Shown piece by piece: positions 14,917-28,462 of a stretch of DNA of 64,000 bases. The stretch covers positions 201,996,001-202,060,000 of the forward strand of contig NC_042998.1 in the NCBI RefSeq assembly GCF_006345805.1. The letters run 5' to 3'. Both the position numbers and the translations under genes were made by a program. Every line of letters starts with the position of its first letter. Position 1 is the first letter of the stretch. This stretch comes from Octopus sinensis (lineage: Eukaryota). Below the pieces are notes generated by a model. It had not been told where the DNA came from. It saw nothing but the letters and a program-made list of their open reading frames with translations, and searched no databases.

Positions 14917-15569
14917 GTAGCCAAATATATTGCTCAGTGGTAACAGACACCAATAAGCATTAATGCTTCTACGAGTATCTCACTACATCGTCAGCAAATC
15001 TTAATCAACTACGCTTGAAACAAGATTTAATCAACAGACATATCTTTCATGCCTTCATATAATCGAAGAACGCAATGCTTTCATCCATTCCTCTGTATAT
15101 TATTTTCTTTATATATTTCACTCTTATTTGCAGTTTTTTTCCTCCATACTTACAACAGAATGTTAATATTCTCAATTTTATAATAGAACAAATATGCTTT
15201 ACGCGTATTTCTCTCCGTTTCTCCCTCGCAATATACGCAGATGCACGTGCACGCACACACGCATAGACGCATGCAAACGTTCCGGTTTATCAACGAACGA
15301 GGTGCAAGATCGACTATGCAGAGTGTAATGTCTATTATTCATTTATATAAATTGAATTTCTTTTCTCGCGTTTCCACTTTCCTCTAGCTGCATTTTTCTT
15401 ATGGAAACTGATTTTTTCCTTCTTTCTGTCTTCGTTCATTTGATCGGAAGGCTATCTTTATTACTGTTTTTATATTATTTTTTGTTATATATAACTGCTC
15501 GAGCAAATGGATAAATCGTCATCTTCTGAACCGACAGAGATCCCAACATATATATATATATATATATAC

Positions 15570-15616
<47 letters not shown>

Positions 15617-15621
<5 letters not shown>

Positions 15622-15687
15622 GGTGGTGCTATTAAGTTAGACATGGCCTGGACCAATCTTTCGTCGAAACATATCTAAGTTTATCTA

Positions 15688-15692
<5 letters not shown>
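15617..15692 (+). mobile_element. Isolated 3' tail (~75 bp) of LINE subfamily alpha within (TA)n
   Basis: CAGGTGGTGCTATTAAGTTAGACATGGCCTGGACCAATCTTTCGTCGAAACATATCTAAGTTTATCTAAGTTT matches 2690-2762 and 29146-29220. Confidence 0.8.
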
Positions 15693-15768
<76 letters not shown>

Positions 15769-15781
15769 ATATATACATATA

Positions 15782-15869
<88 letters not shown>

Positions 15870-16315
15870 GTATATACATATATATATGTACATTTCTTTT
15901 ACGTTACCTTTAAGTTATTTTTACTTTGCAAATTCTTAATTTTAAAAATGTTTATCATTCGTATCATTTGTAATTTTTCTTTTTGCATTTTGTCATTCGT
16001 ACTATAGTTTTTATTCGAAAATATTTATTTGTCATTGCCTTCATTATTATATCATCACAAGTATATATATTATCCCTATATATTATTAATTTTATATGAA
16101 TGTTTACAGACATAAGTTATGTGAGAATTTAATTTTTGTAAATTTTTATTTTTTATTCGTATTATTAAATTTTTTATTTTCATTTGTTATTTTTTATTTG
16201 AGTTGAATTATGGCTGGCACAGTAAGGTCCGGCGAACCTCTTTACACTTACACATACTTATATGTTAAAATTAAAATATAGTATTTAGTATCGAACTATG
16301 ATAAAGTCATTTATA

Positions 16316-16409
16316 GGCCTGATGATTGAGGTTACATTTTAAGAAAGGTTCCTGTATAACACTGCGTGCTTAAGGAACTGTACAAGAACCTCAAGAAACA
16401 CGTGTAGCT
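16316..16409 (+). ncRNA. Type I hammerhead ribozyme motif with intact core
   Basis: GGC-CTGATGA-TTGAGGTT[...]AACCTCAA-GAA-ACACGTGT-A-GCT. All core bases are present, stem II is a perfect 8 bp with an extra internal stem (GGTTCCT/AGGAACT), and the GUA site is at 16404-16406. Confidence 0.7.
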
Positions 16410-16531
16410 GAGAAATGAGTAGTAAGTATTAAATTTAATTAACATGCTTTTATATGGTGGGATGAAGGGGACTACTATCTCTAAATAATATATATATATG
16501 TATGTATGTATATATGTACATATATATATAA

Positions 16532-16562
<31 letters not shown>

Positions 16563-16699
16563 ATTATATATATATATATATATATACATACATATATATA
16601 TATATATCTTCGTTATAATATCATATATACCATACCATATAGAATATAGGGCAGTTGTTTATTTTTTGTATGTGTCATGTAACAGTTTAGAAAAAAAAA

Positions 16700-18050
16700 T
16701 ATTGGTTTCATTTGTAGCGTGAACTAGACATATATTCAGTTCTTCTAAATGATAATTGTTCTCTGCAAATAATGTTTATTTTAAACCACAAGAACTCCGG
16801 TGATATTTCAAGAAATATTCCGCTTAAAAAATTATGGCCGGCCTTGATAGCTGCGTTTTCCAATTTTGAAGCAAAAATTTCCGAAAATGTCGACAACTCC
16901 CCACGGCTTCCGTCTTGGCGTTCATGTAGCCTCCTGCCTCATGTGAGTTCATAAGGATTATATATTCTTCTGCCATACACAATTTACATATTTTTGTTCC
17001 ATTGCGACAGAGTCCTCAAGTTTCTAGTATTTTCCACCTGATGTTAAAGGGCATATGATTTTCATTTAAGCGCCTATATATACTACGAGTGTCGATGTGT
17101 TGCGTCTCTCCGGGACCCTGAAAGAAGATTTGCGGTTGTTTCTCAGGCGAATTTTAAATTTGGATTCACAAGATCTGGCATAAATTTTAGTGTGTGTCCC
17201 TATGTTTGCATTGTTGTTACTGATATTTGTCCTACTTCTGCTTGAGGCTACCTTTGCTTGGTACACTGTAGTCTCGATGTTACATGGGCATTCACTTCTA
17301 ATCCTGCATAAACAACCTGCCTCTATCAGTGGTTTAGGAGTGCTAAATATTTGTCTCTTACCATTTGTGTGATCGCGTGAAATGCTTATCTACTAAGAAA
17401 AAGCTTACGAACGCATGTACGAACGTTTACGGAGAAGCAGGGAGCGAATCATAAGGTCTCGCGGTGGAGTTTCCTTTTATGATTACTCGATCTTTGTGTA
17501 TATACTATATGGTCCTTGAACCCGCTGGCCGCTAGCGCCTCATTCTATGCGGGAGCCGCTTCGTTGAAAATATCTTTATTTGAAGATAAGTTTGAAATCC
17601 GTTTACTAATACCTTATATTAGGTTTTTGAACACTATGTGTGGGTGGCAAGATGCTGTATTAATGTATGATAGCCATACAGGTATGGTCTGTATGTGCCT
17701 CTGTCTAAATCAGGCGTGACATCCAAGTAGTTCACCACGGTGAGGTTATTCCGTATGTTGATTTTACGGCCAAAGTTGTTGAGAGTGTGTATGATGTCCT
17801 TTCTAAGCCTATTTAAAGTATGGCCTCTGGAGATGGTTATGGCATCATCTCTATATAAGCCGAAATGGATAAATTTAAGGTTGCAAATATCAGCGCTGTC
17901 GTATACCCTCATAGCGACGTTGACGGAGCCTTCAGGGTCAGTTCGTTTGACCCAGGTTGAACCCTGGCTGTATAGTAGCGTTTTTCTAGTGTGCATAACT
18001 ATATCAATTTCTCTATCACTTACATGATATAATTATGCACGCTAGGAAAA
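16700..18050 (-). mobile_element. Penelope-like element, Naiad-type (RT plus C-terminal GIY-YIG), decayed
   Basis: Reads HTRKTLL..WVKR..YDSADIC..GLYRDDA..VNYLDVT..YRPY, then KRISNLSSN..ALAASGF, CLCR..CPC..VYQAKV..FKIR..SF, and IRWKIL..CKLC..SCRHFRKFLL. This is the Naiad-type motif series. Confidence 0.85.
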
Positions 18051-18396
18051 CGCTCCATCTCATTAACTTGATTAGTGCCTTATAGGAAGATATTCTGTAC
18101 ACTAGATTTTTCCCCTTGATTTCTAATCAAACACTGATGGGGCTACTACGTAGCCATACTTACCTGATCTACTAGAAACACAAAAATGTCTCTCAAATCA
18201 CATCCCGTCGAACTCAAAATATCTAAGGTACACTATCTTTCCACCTGTCCTATAAACAGCAAAGAAGGGACGATGTTGGCATAAATAAAATTGATCATAG
18301 ATATTCTTGGTTTGTTGCTTTAATTCTCATCTCGATTGAACCCGCTTTAACGGTCGGGTAAAGCAATACTGGTTCGCAGTCTCAGGTTTCTATAAT

Positions 18397-18687
18397 CACT
18401 GTCATCACCGTTACCGACCAGGCTATCAGATGTTGCTACACATCGCTGGTCATCATGTGCTTCGCATTGTTTTAGCCAAATGACGCCACCCCGCTGGCTA
18501 AGCGAGCAGGCCAACAGAAGAAGGAGTGCGAGAAAGTTGTGGCGAAAGAGTACAGCAGGGATAGCCACCACCCCCTGCCGAAGCCTCGGGGAGCTTTAGG
18601 TGTTTTCGCTCAATAGACACTCTCAACACCCGGTCTGGGAATCGAAACCGCGAGTCCGCTGCCCTAACCACTGGGCCATTGCGCCTC
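18397..18687 (-). mobile_element. tRNA-headed SINE family C with a 14-bp target-site duplication
   Basis: A box TGGCCCAGTGG and B box GGTTTCGATTCC. Flanked by direct repeats CAGGTTTCTATAAT at 18383-18396 and 18688-18701. The head recurs at 60218. Confidence 0.85.
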
Positions 18688-19413
18688 CAGGTTTCTATAA
18701 TACAGCACGTAAAGCTGAAGCATTCAGTTAAATGCCACGAGAACAGGTAAACGTAAAACGTAGTACGAATACACATTGTATAATGGCACGTTTTAAAACG
18801 ATAATCAAATAAGAGTTTCAAACTCAGCATTACACTTTATATGAAACAGATCTACTTCAGACAACTTGAGCTCTGCTAATACAGCATTTCATACCTTTGT
18901 AAGATAGTGACAGAATACTGTTCTGTGAGACTTCGACTTCTAATACATGCTCTGGGGTAAAAGGAACACACAACGGCTTTTAGATTACTGCTGCAGGACG
19001 TAACGTTATCAAGATGCTTTGTCACTGTCCCTCTCAGAACAGAAACCTTGTCAGAACGTTTGCAGCAGGCTAGTCTCTATTAAAGCCGACCATGATTTAG
19101 GTTATGGAGAGAACTCAACGAGAATTATAGCCTATGATCCAACAAATTAATTTCAGTATATTCTAACCAATCAGCTCAGTTGCACAAGTTCTGTCCGTCT
19201 CCTCTACTAAAATACGAACGTTCGATGTTTCTACTCACACGTCCAGTCTTCCTACGCGAACATTTGCATATCTGGTGCCGACCAATAGAATGATCAATAA
19301 GAGCGAATAATCTTACATATATCAACCTTAACCAAAATACTTTCTTGCACATTAATCAGGCCTACTATATATATTGATATGGACCGACTGTTTTTTTCCC
19401 CCTACAATTTACA

Positions 19414-19483
<70 letters not shown>

Positions 19484-20008
19484 ATACAAGTTTACACTCG
19501 TGTACACTTCTACATCTACACATACACATATAAAAATCTACACTCATATACATACGTTGAAGAACGTTCGGACACATTGAAAAGCTGCTAAATCAGTGAA
19601 AGTTAAATAATATAATAATATAATTTGCAAAGATGGCCATGAACGACAACTATATTATAGTCTTGTCCGCTATTCTTTCATCTTGCTTTGCTTACACATA
19701 TCGATCAGCTGTCATTGTGGAGAACATTGTCATTCCCATCTAGTCGTAGACATCCTGAAAAGCTGTACTTTAGCACAATCTACTAAGTAGATTTATAGTG
19801 GCCACTATTAAGAGAATGAAATGGGCGAAGAGGAGAAAAGAAAGATTTAGAAGAGGAAGAATTTGCAGGAAGAGAAGTAAGTAGGGAAAAAGGAGGGTTG
19901 GTCGGACCGAGGATATCATATGTATATAAGCACGCACGCACATACACACATACACATACACACACACACTCATATATATATAAATACTTACATATATATA
20001 TATATATT

Positions 20009-20058
<50 letters not shown>

Positions 20059-20408
20059 ATATACATATATATACATATATACATATACATACATATATAT
20101 ACATATATTCTATATATATATATATTTATATGTATATATACACATATATATATATACATATATACACATACATACATATAATATATATATATATATATAC
20201 CACCACACACATATAAAAAGACAGAGACAGACAGACAGATAGATAGACAGAAGAAAAAAGGTAAATCTGTAAACGGAGAAGAGGAAGTGATTGAAGCGAA
20301 ACATGATGAGAACGATGATGAATGTTTGTGGAAGAAGAGAGATAGAGAAACGATGACGATGTCTGTTATACATTAGCTTTCCACTTATCATCAGCAGCAG
20401 CAGTCTTA

Positions 20409-20444
<36 letters not shown>

Positions 20445-21336
20445 TATATATATAATATATGGATTTACTTGGCTTTGCTGAAATAATTGATTTATCAATC
20501 ACACGCTATTGCTATCTCCAACTTATCTTATTCATCACTTCATTTGTGCGTATGTCTCAGTATACACATATATATACTCACATGTATACATAAATATATA
20601 TATACATACATACATATTCATGTATATATATATATATATATATATATACATTCATATACATATGTGTACAAGTATACATCCAGACGCACACACCTATATA
20701 TGTATGTATAAATAAATATATATGTATATATATATGCATATATTTATATATAAATGCATATATTTATATATAGATATATATACATACATATATATATATA
20801 GAGAGATATAGATATAGATATATATGTATGTTTGAATGTTGGTATTTATTTATGTGCTTCTTTTATTTCTCTTCCGTTATCCTTTCCTTAGATTCTGTAC
20901 AATGGACGCAACGTCCATCCCCGTATTTATTAAGCATAAGTTGTAGAACGCTTGCCAGACATCTCTTTGTCAGCGGTAAACTATACCCAACAATACCCAC
21001 CTACTAACTTCTTCAAACACGTTACATTTTCTTCCGTACTTATATCAACAACTTACACTTGTCTCTCAAGCCTTGCTTTCATCTAACCAAAGCATATGTC
21101 ACCTCACTAATACTTCCATCTTTTTCCTTTTTATTTTTTTTTATTTTATTTTATTTATTTCATATATATTTTGTATAGTGTTGTTTTGCAAATGTATTGA
21201 TTTATCTTGTGTAAGTTTTAATGTACCTGTGTGCCTGCACATGTGCGCAAATATGTATTCGTATGTGTGCATGTACGAGTGTGTGTGTGTGCGTGTCCGC
21301 CTAAGGGCGTGCACAAATGTTTCATCCCCGAGCAAG

Positions 21337-21370
<34 letters not shown>

Positions 21371-21499
21371 TATATATAATATATATATATATATATTGAT
21401 ACAACTCGTAATATATATATATATATTACATATAATATAATATAATATAATATATATATAATATATACACACACAGATGTCCACATGCCTAAATTCTTG

Positions 21500-21670
21500 T
21501 ATACTTTTGTTTCAGGCTTTTGACTGCGGCCATGCTGGAGCACCGCCTTTAGTCATTCGAATCGACCCCAGGGCTTATTCTTTGAAAGCCTAGTACTTAT
21601 CCTATCGGTCCCGTTTGCCGAACCGCTAAGTTACGGCGACGGTAATCACACCAGCATCGGTTGATAAGCA
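21500..21670 (-). mobile_element. SINE family A, 3' half
   Basis: Matches 6530-6700. Confidence 0.85.
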
Positions 21671-22007
21671 ACAATTCTTCGAAGCATATCACATAATGAT
21701 AGTGCATAGCTCTTCACATTCTGGCAGGCACACACGGATATACAATACCTGATATATAATATGTGGGTGTGTGGTGTGTATATTTAATATTCATGTTACA
21801 TAACTCTGTGCATGTATGTATATTAATATTGATGTATATAATACATGTATAAATATGTGAAGATGGAAATTGACATGCATATAACACTACAGGTGCTCAT
21901 AATGAAACCTCGAAGTCACTGTCAGCATTTTTCTTGTAAATATTAACAAAGCCGGTATTCTACTAAAATGTTATATGTTAAATCTAAATATTAAAAAATG
22001 TACATAT

Positions 22008-22079
<72 letters not shown>

Positions 22080-22097
22080 ATATATGTATAATATATA

Positions 22098-22310
22098 TGC
22101 GTGTATATCGTTGGCGATTTTCTTTCTCCGTCTTCCCTTTCTTGGACCTTTCCTTTTGCTATGTCTCTGAGGAAGAGCTCCGCTCGAAACGTTAAATCGT
22201 CCTTCTTTCTTTCCTTTCCTGTGCGTCCAATAACACTATACTTGTTCCACGTCCTCGCGTTGTTGTGTTTTCTCTTTGTTCATGTTTGGATTAACTATAT
22301 TTACATACAT
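22098..22310 (+). mobile_element. Short PLE-type terminus with a minimal HHR motif (family F3)
   Basis: CTGAGGA-A-GAGC-TCC-GCTC-GAA-ACGT-T at 22167-22193. Homologous over ~200 bp to 40092-40320. Confidence 0.7.
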
Positions 22311-22334
22311 ATCTTCCTCTCTCTCTATATATAT

Positions 22335-23015
22335 TTCTGTAGTTTCAGTTCATGCTGATGCACCGCCGTTTTGCTAGACTCTTATAACTGAGAGACTCCT
22401 TCAATATGTGACACTTGGTGAAGAATGGAGATTGACGAAGCTACCCTCATTTGCACCTCTTGCCGTGAGGTAGGTTCATCTGGGACTCTCGACAGTAAGA
22501 GGTCCAGCTTTGATTTAAAAACGCCTACATCTACTTTGTGCAGGTTCCTCATGTTCTTTGGGAGAATATTAAAAGACTGTGGGCTCCTGAAACCCAGGCT
22601 GTTGCAGTAACTGGTCCTGAAGCGCGATGGAGTTGCTGGGATCTTTGGCACTATGCAATATCGCCCCGTTCTGACATTGGTGTAGCTTTCAATGCTAATA
22701 TTTGGCACAACTCCTTCCATGATCTTCCAGATGTATATTACTGCATACCTCTCCCGCTTGCTCTCCAGGGATTAGGGTCTTAGCTATTTCAGCCTTTCCT
22801 AGTAGCTGAGCAGTTGCAAAGAGACAATCTTCTTTGTGAATCTTCTCTGTATTGCTTCTAGGTCGGCTGTTAATTTCACACTGTTGGGTGACCATACCCG
22901 AGAGCAGTAATACAGGCAGGTGAGGACGAATGTCCGCCAGAGGATCATCATGGTTCCCTTATCTCTGATTCTGAATGTTCTCTGGATCCATTCAGCCAGG
23001 GCTCTCAGAATCATC
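22335..23015 (-). mobile_element. CR1/L2-group LINE, subfamily beta, decayed 3' fragment
   Basis: Reads WIQRTFRIRDKGTMMILWRTFV..YYCSRVWSP and GRYCIVP..FKSKLDLLLSRVPDEP, with a partly deleted tail. Confidence 0.88.
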
Positions 23016-23639
23016 TACTATATACCCTAATAGACGAACAGGCTTGTATACCTGTTTTTGCATGTCTTTGTGTGTGTGTATGTATGTGTGTGCGTGAATG
23101 TGTGAATACGTGAGTATAAAGTTTTACACACACGTACATATACTCATCCACATACACTAATAAACTTTCCGATCTCTTTTGATCGAAATTTTGCCCAAAC
23201 GATGTTGTAAAAGTACAAGAACATTAGAACTAAATGCGTAGAAGTTTGTGTATGCGGTTGAAGAAATGCATTGGAGAAATGCGTATAATCAAATATGTGC
23301 AGATATCAAAACACCCAACATTAAATACAGACCAAACTGCGTCCTTTCTAGAAACAGACCTCGTCCTCCATTACATGTTACATAAAAGATTTTCAGTTCA
23401 ACAAGCAATATCAGACATTTTTTTTTATCCCTCACAATCTAAACGTAACATCTTTTCTGTGTCTCTATAAAATCATCAACTAATGAAATTGGACAATACG
23501 CACAACATATGCTCTACGGAATCCACAACCAAATTTTCCTCAAGATTTCAAACATATTTTAGTCCAATTCTATACATCTGTCTTCAAAATATCTAAACAT
23601 AGAATTTATAGAGTTTAAACTACTACAAAATATAATATG

Positions 23640-24532
23640 CCAAATGGGAATCCAACTTTGCCTTGACTGAATGCATGGATTGTGCAAGGATTGTGTCTTT
23701 GTCTCAGATTCAAAGTAATGAAATGAACATCATTCATCTTGGCGTAGGAAAGGTTCAAGGAGACCAGCTATATATGCCTGAGAAAATATCAGTTTCCCAT
23801 GAGGTGATCAGCTTAGTGCGTCAGTGAACAAGTGTCAGTGTACGTGGCACTGACCGAACAGAATCATTTGCCATGTCTTCGTCATGCCAAGTTCACTGTT
23901 GAGAATATTCTCAACTCTCTCGCGGCGAACACGATCCATGATCAATGTTTGGTGGTGGAGGTTGCATGACGTCTAGACATTGGGTCATCTTCAAGACTCT
24001 CCCCTCTTTTCTATAATATCCTTGAGTTTGGATCAAAAACTAAATCAGTAACAAACACGTAACAAAATTATATCTCTTCTCGATGTCATACATGCTACTG
24101 CACACACCACAAGGTACGTCGCACTGCCAGTACGCATGTGCCTTTATAATGATTAGGACAGTTCACTTGCTATCCCACAGGAGTGTCAGGATTTCACCAC
24201 AACACTTTCCTAAATGCAGCTGCCAAATTTGCACTATTGACAAGTCCGGATCATTGCCCCTAATATGGCAACCATGTCAATTGAAATTTCTTTGGCAGTA
24301 AAACTCTCATTCTACAGGTACTTCATAACACCAGAATGTCACATTTTGTCCACTTTCAAGAGGAGTCACAACTAGTCAGATTTGGAATATTCTTTGAACA
24401 GTCAGATATCGGTTTAGTTGAAAAAAAATCAATTCATTTATAAATAAGAGTTGGAATTAATGCACGCAAACTTTCACAGCTCTAGTCTCATTCCTTCGTA
24501 GTCAGCATACTAACTTTCAGTCCACCCTCGTA
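23640..24532 (-). mobile_element. Mariner DNA transposon, 5' TIR and decayed N-terminal transposase
   Basis: The minus strand begins TA-CGAGGGTGGACTGAAAG (mariner-type end). Fragments read VMKYL..KEISIDMVAILG, ESLEDDP, SRERVENILNSELGMTK, SVPRTLT and HYFESETKTQS. Confidence 0.8.
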
Positions 24533-25041
24533 TACTCTCAACTGCTTTAGATCAAGATATAGGTTATATTTTCCATTTTTTACTTGAAATCGAAAATTCC
24601 CTATTTCTTTTTTTATCAAACTATTATTCTTATTACTAGCCACCATTCCCCGAATATCTCTTTAATAGTGAAGGCAGTCGTTTATTGAATCTCAGAATGC
24701 AGTTTTATGATCAGAAATATTTTCTCTAGGGTTACAAACAGATACCAGTGCAAACGTTTTGTAAAGCTGATGAAGATAGAGCAATAAAATACATTCATTA
24801 TGTGTTCTTGTGTCAACCTCTATAATAAATATTATATGTTAAGTTCATCGATCTTGAGAAAGTTAAGCATACACGCAGGTGAAAAATTTTAGTTTGTCTA
24901 AACGTACGTTGAGCAATTGCGTAGCTGGAGTTATTGTATTAAAGTTTGAACTTTTGACCAAGAAATATTCTCATATTTTCATACAAATAACATATCTTTG
25001 CTTACAGTAATTACCTTCGTATTCATTATATATTCCTTCAG

Positions 25042-25138
25042 CAAGTGTGATGGAGGTGATTGTAAACTTACAAGATCAGATTTTGATTGCAACGTACACA
25101 CTGGAAAACAAATATTCAACATTGTCTGTTATCGTTAA
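25042..25138 (+). CDS. Candidate Cys-rich terminal exon (unverified)
   Basis: Acceptor ttcattatatattccttcAG, then phase-2 frame KCDGGDCKLTRSDFDCNVHTGKQIFNIVCYR* with 4 Cys in 31 aa. Confidence 0.3.
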
Positions 25139-25849
25139 TTTTTCTCGTAATTTATTAAGTGTGATTTATTTACTATTTATGTCTAGTTATCATTTTCGCG
25201 CTCATGTACTAAGTCTGTTAACACCAACTTATTTAAAAATTTAGTGTCGTGTACCGAGTCAATAGACCAATAATCTATACGTTGTATTCGTAAAACCAAT
25301 ATTCAACATAAATTCCGATAGATTGCTAAATATTATCAAAATATGTTCTTTGTGGCTCGTCTTTTATTACAATGTTGTTGTCGATTTCGCAAATGAAGAC
25401 AAATTGATTTTATGCCGTTTGGTACACTATCGAGATGAAAAATTCAATACTAATTTAAGAATATTCTCTAGATCTTCGTCGATATTAAGATCTTCGTTCA
25501 TTAAATTGTTATACACAAACACGAAGACCTAGCAACTTCGTACATAATTTTAACGATAGTAAATTATATTTGATGCTTCTAAAATATCATCTTGAAAATA
25601 TATTCATCTTTATAAATGAATTATTACGAAAATGGAAAATACACATTGTTTATTTTTTTCGCTAACGTGTTTCAAAAATGTTTTCGTACTCTACTCACCG
25701 AGTTTCTATTCTATATTAAAAAGATATATGTAATTCATTCATCACCTGGATAATATCAACATTGATAATTGGTACCCCAATGATCCCCGATACTTAATTG
25801 TGTGTTTTTCTACATCTGAAAATGTGGTCAATGTTAGACTGAGTGAGGC

Positions 25850-26045
25850 AATGGGCAGCTAGAATCGTGAGCATGCCGGGCAAAATTCTTTGCAGCATTT
25901 CGTCCGTCTCAGTTTAAATTCCGCAACGGTCGATTTTACCTGTCGAGGTCGATAACATAAGTAATAGTTGAACGGTGGTGTTGATGTAATCGACTTAGAT
26001 TCCGCTACTGAAATTACTGACCTTGTACTAAAACCTGAAACCAAT
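25850..26045 (+). mobile_element. tRNA-headed SINE family B, diverged variant
   Basis: The head AGAATCGTGAGCATGCCGGGCAAAAT and the hairpin GTTGATGTAATCGAC match other B copies. The 3' part differs. Confidence 0.7.
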
Positions 26046-26687
26046 ATTATTAGACTGAGTAATGTAATCTACGTCAACCATTACTCTTAACATATAAAAG
26101 AAAATAATAATTTGAGGCTATTGATCTTCGATCACATTTACGATCATGCTTTTGTGAGTCTTAGAAATCATTTAAATCCGCTGGGTAATGATGATAATAA
26201 TATATGAGCAATTTGCCGTTCCCCAGATTAAGTAGATCTGTTCTATCAAGAATATATATGAGAATTGCTCAAATGTCAGATACCGAATTAATAGGAATAT
26301 ATGGTTAGACAACGAAAAGCAATTTACCCTCGAGATGTTTATGCCGTAATATCGAAAGCAGGTAGTAAGATGAAAGCATACAATATCAAGAAGAAAAACA
26401 TGAACAAGCTTCAAAATTGTTAATTCATAAGACAAGTCATTGAAGTCGAAGACTAAGTCTTTAATTCTGATGATAAAATTTCTAACACACTTTGAACAAC
26501 ATTTCTCGAGGCGCACAGAAGTCTATTGAAGTAAATAATGGTCAACACGAAGAGAAAATATTGCAAAGTCAGGATATACATATATATATATATACATCTA
26601 TACATACGTGAGCATATATATATATATGTATATTTATATATATTTATATTTATATTTATATTTATATATACATATATCTACTTGCGT

Positions 26688-26734
<47 letters not shown>

Positions 26735-27000
26735 CTGTCAATTAAGCTTATTAAAATACAGAATTCTCATACCACCTTGATCAGAAAGCCACCATGCGAA
26801 GATGAAGCCCCAGTTAACATGATATCCACGATACATGAGAATTTATATTCAGTATAGAGTTTTCAACATCATTAAGACGTCGTTCATTTTTCTTAAACTT
26901 AAGATTACATACTTATTTTAATATATATATATATATATATATATGTAAATCTGATTAAATAAATTTTTATACAAACATACACACACGTACACACATACAT

Positions 27001-27074
<74 letters not shown>

Positions 27075-27691
27075 AATGTTGAGTCTAGAAGCTATAGCTA
27101 ATATAATCTTAAAACCTAATTAAAATGCGTGATTTAAAACTTCGGTAGAGTTTTATAATATACCTTCAACAGTGTACATTCTAGCAATTAGCGTTCTCTC
27201 ATTTTGTATATTTAGACATAAGCGAATAGTGATTACGTTGCTTACTCAAATAGAAACTATATTACACTATATACGCAACGGTAAATATAATATTGCTAAT
27301 TTTGAAATAATAATTATTGTTCTGTAACGAAAATCAATTTTCGTAAATAGCTCTCCGTAACAAGAGATTATTCCATTTATTAATATCTTCTTGGTGAATA
27401 GGTTTATGTGTTCCATATTTTTTTTTACCAGCAACACTGGTCAGCATTAATAACGTTATTTGTTACATGTCTTCTGCAGCTCTGCAGTTCAGTCACTGGC
27501 TCATAATAGTGCTGAAGACTTGAAAAACGGAAGAAATTCTGTAAGGTTCGTTACAGAGGGAATTTCCGAAAACGTACATCCTTTTCTGTTTTCCTCACCG
27601 GTATTTAAATCTCTCTATGATAACACGTATAACCGATATATAAAGACACAACATGAATACATATGCTCACATATGTATATATATATATATT

Positions 27692-28066
27692 TAGTTTCAG
27701 CTCAGAGCTGCGGCCATGCTGATGCACAACCGTTTTCCGCTACGCTGTTATTACTAGGAACATCTAATATGTGGCACTTGATGAAGAATGGAGCTTGATA
27801 TAGCTACCCTCATTTGCACCTCTTGCCGTGAGGTAGGCTCATCTGGGACTCTCGACAGGAAGAGGTCCAGCTTTGATTTTAAAAACCCCTACATCTACTT
27901 TGTTACTTTGTGCAAGTTCCTCAGACACTTTGGGAGAATATGAAAAAGCTGTAGGCCCTTGAAACCCAGGCCGTTGCAGTAACTGGTCCTGAAGCGTGAT
28001 GGCATTGCTGGGATTTTTGGCACTATGCAGTGTCGTCCTGTTCTGGCATTAGTGTAGCTTTCATAT
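27692..28066 (-). mobile_element. LINE subfamily beta, 3' fragment
   Basis: Matches 22335-22700 and 6974-7350. The tail reads GCATGGCCGCAGCTCTGAGCTGAAACTA. Confidence 0.85.
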
Positions 28067-28109
28067 GCGTGTGTGCGTGTGTGTGTGTTGAACCACTGGA
28101 CTCAACACG

Positions 28110-28260
28110 TTTTCTTTTTTCTTTTATTTCTATTTGTCGAAGAGTGTAGGCTCCAAACGTAGATGGGTTTTCCATTTCTCCCGAGCGCCAAACGAATACA
28201 TTTGCTTGTTGATCCTGCACCTGTGTTCATCTTTGTTTTTCTATAACTTTGACCTATATA
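28110..28260 (+). mobile_element. Short PLE-type terminus, family F4 (HHR-like, degenerate)
   Basis: TTGTCGA-A-GAGT-GTAG-GCTC-CAA-ACGT-A at 28134-28161. Downstream similarity to 31375-31510 and 61350-61450. Confidence 0.5.
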
Positions 28261-28462
28261 CATAGTCGCAGGCGTTGCTGTAGGTTAACAAGCTTGTTAC
28301 CCAACCACATAGTCCCAGTTCAGCCATACTGTGTGCATAAAGATAATTTTTTAAAATTTCATTAGACATTCTAAAATACTATTAAATTTTATTTAGTTTT
28401 AAAAAAGGTAAAATCGGACAAAACTTATGGGATGACCTGATACATATATGTATGTATAATAC

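Noticed and set aside
15640-15680. LINE alpha tail as a hammerhead (hairpin followed by GAAAC)
   Set aside because: It lacks CUGANGA, stem I and an NUH site. It is treated as a 3' recognition structure instead.
17000-17480. In-frame TGA codons in the Naiad-type ORF as selenocysteine
   Set aside because: One TGA replaces the conserved Trp of the WFNPP-like motif, and TAA/TAG stops and deletions also occur, so this is ordinary decay.
18156-18166. ATACTTACCTG, identical to the U1 snRNA 5' end
   Set aside because: The following sequence has no U1 stem-loops or Sm site. It is simply the reverse complement of a consensus donor.
19160-19290. CCAAT boxes and ATTTGCAT octamer as a promoter
   Set aside because: Such short motifs are expected by chance in 64 kb, and there is no linked transcript or snRNA.
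28395-28442. Possible lone Tc1/mariner TIR (CAGGTCATCCCATAAGTTTTGTCCG, minus strand)
   Set aside because: No partner TIR or transposase was found, so there is too little to call.
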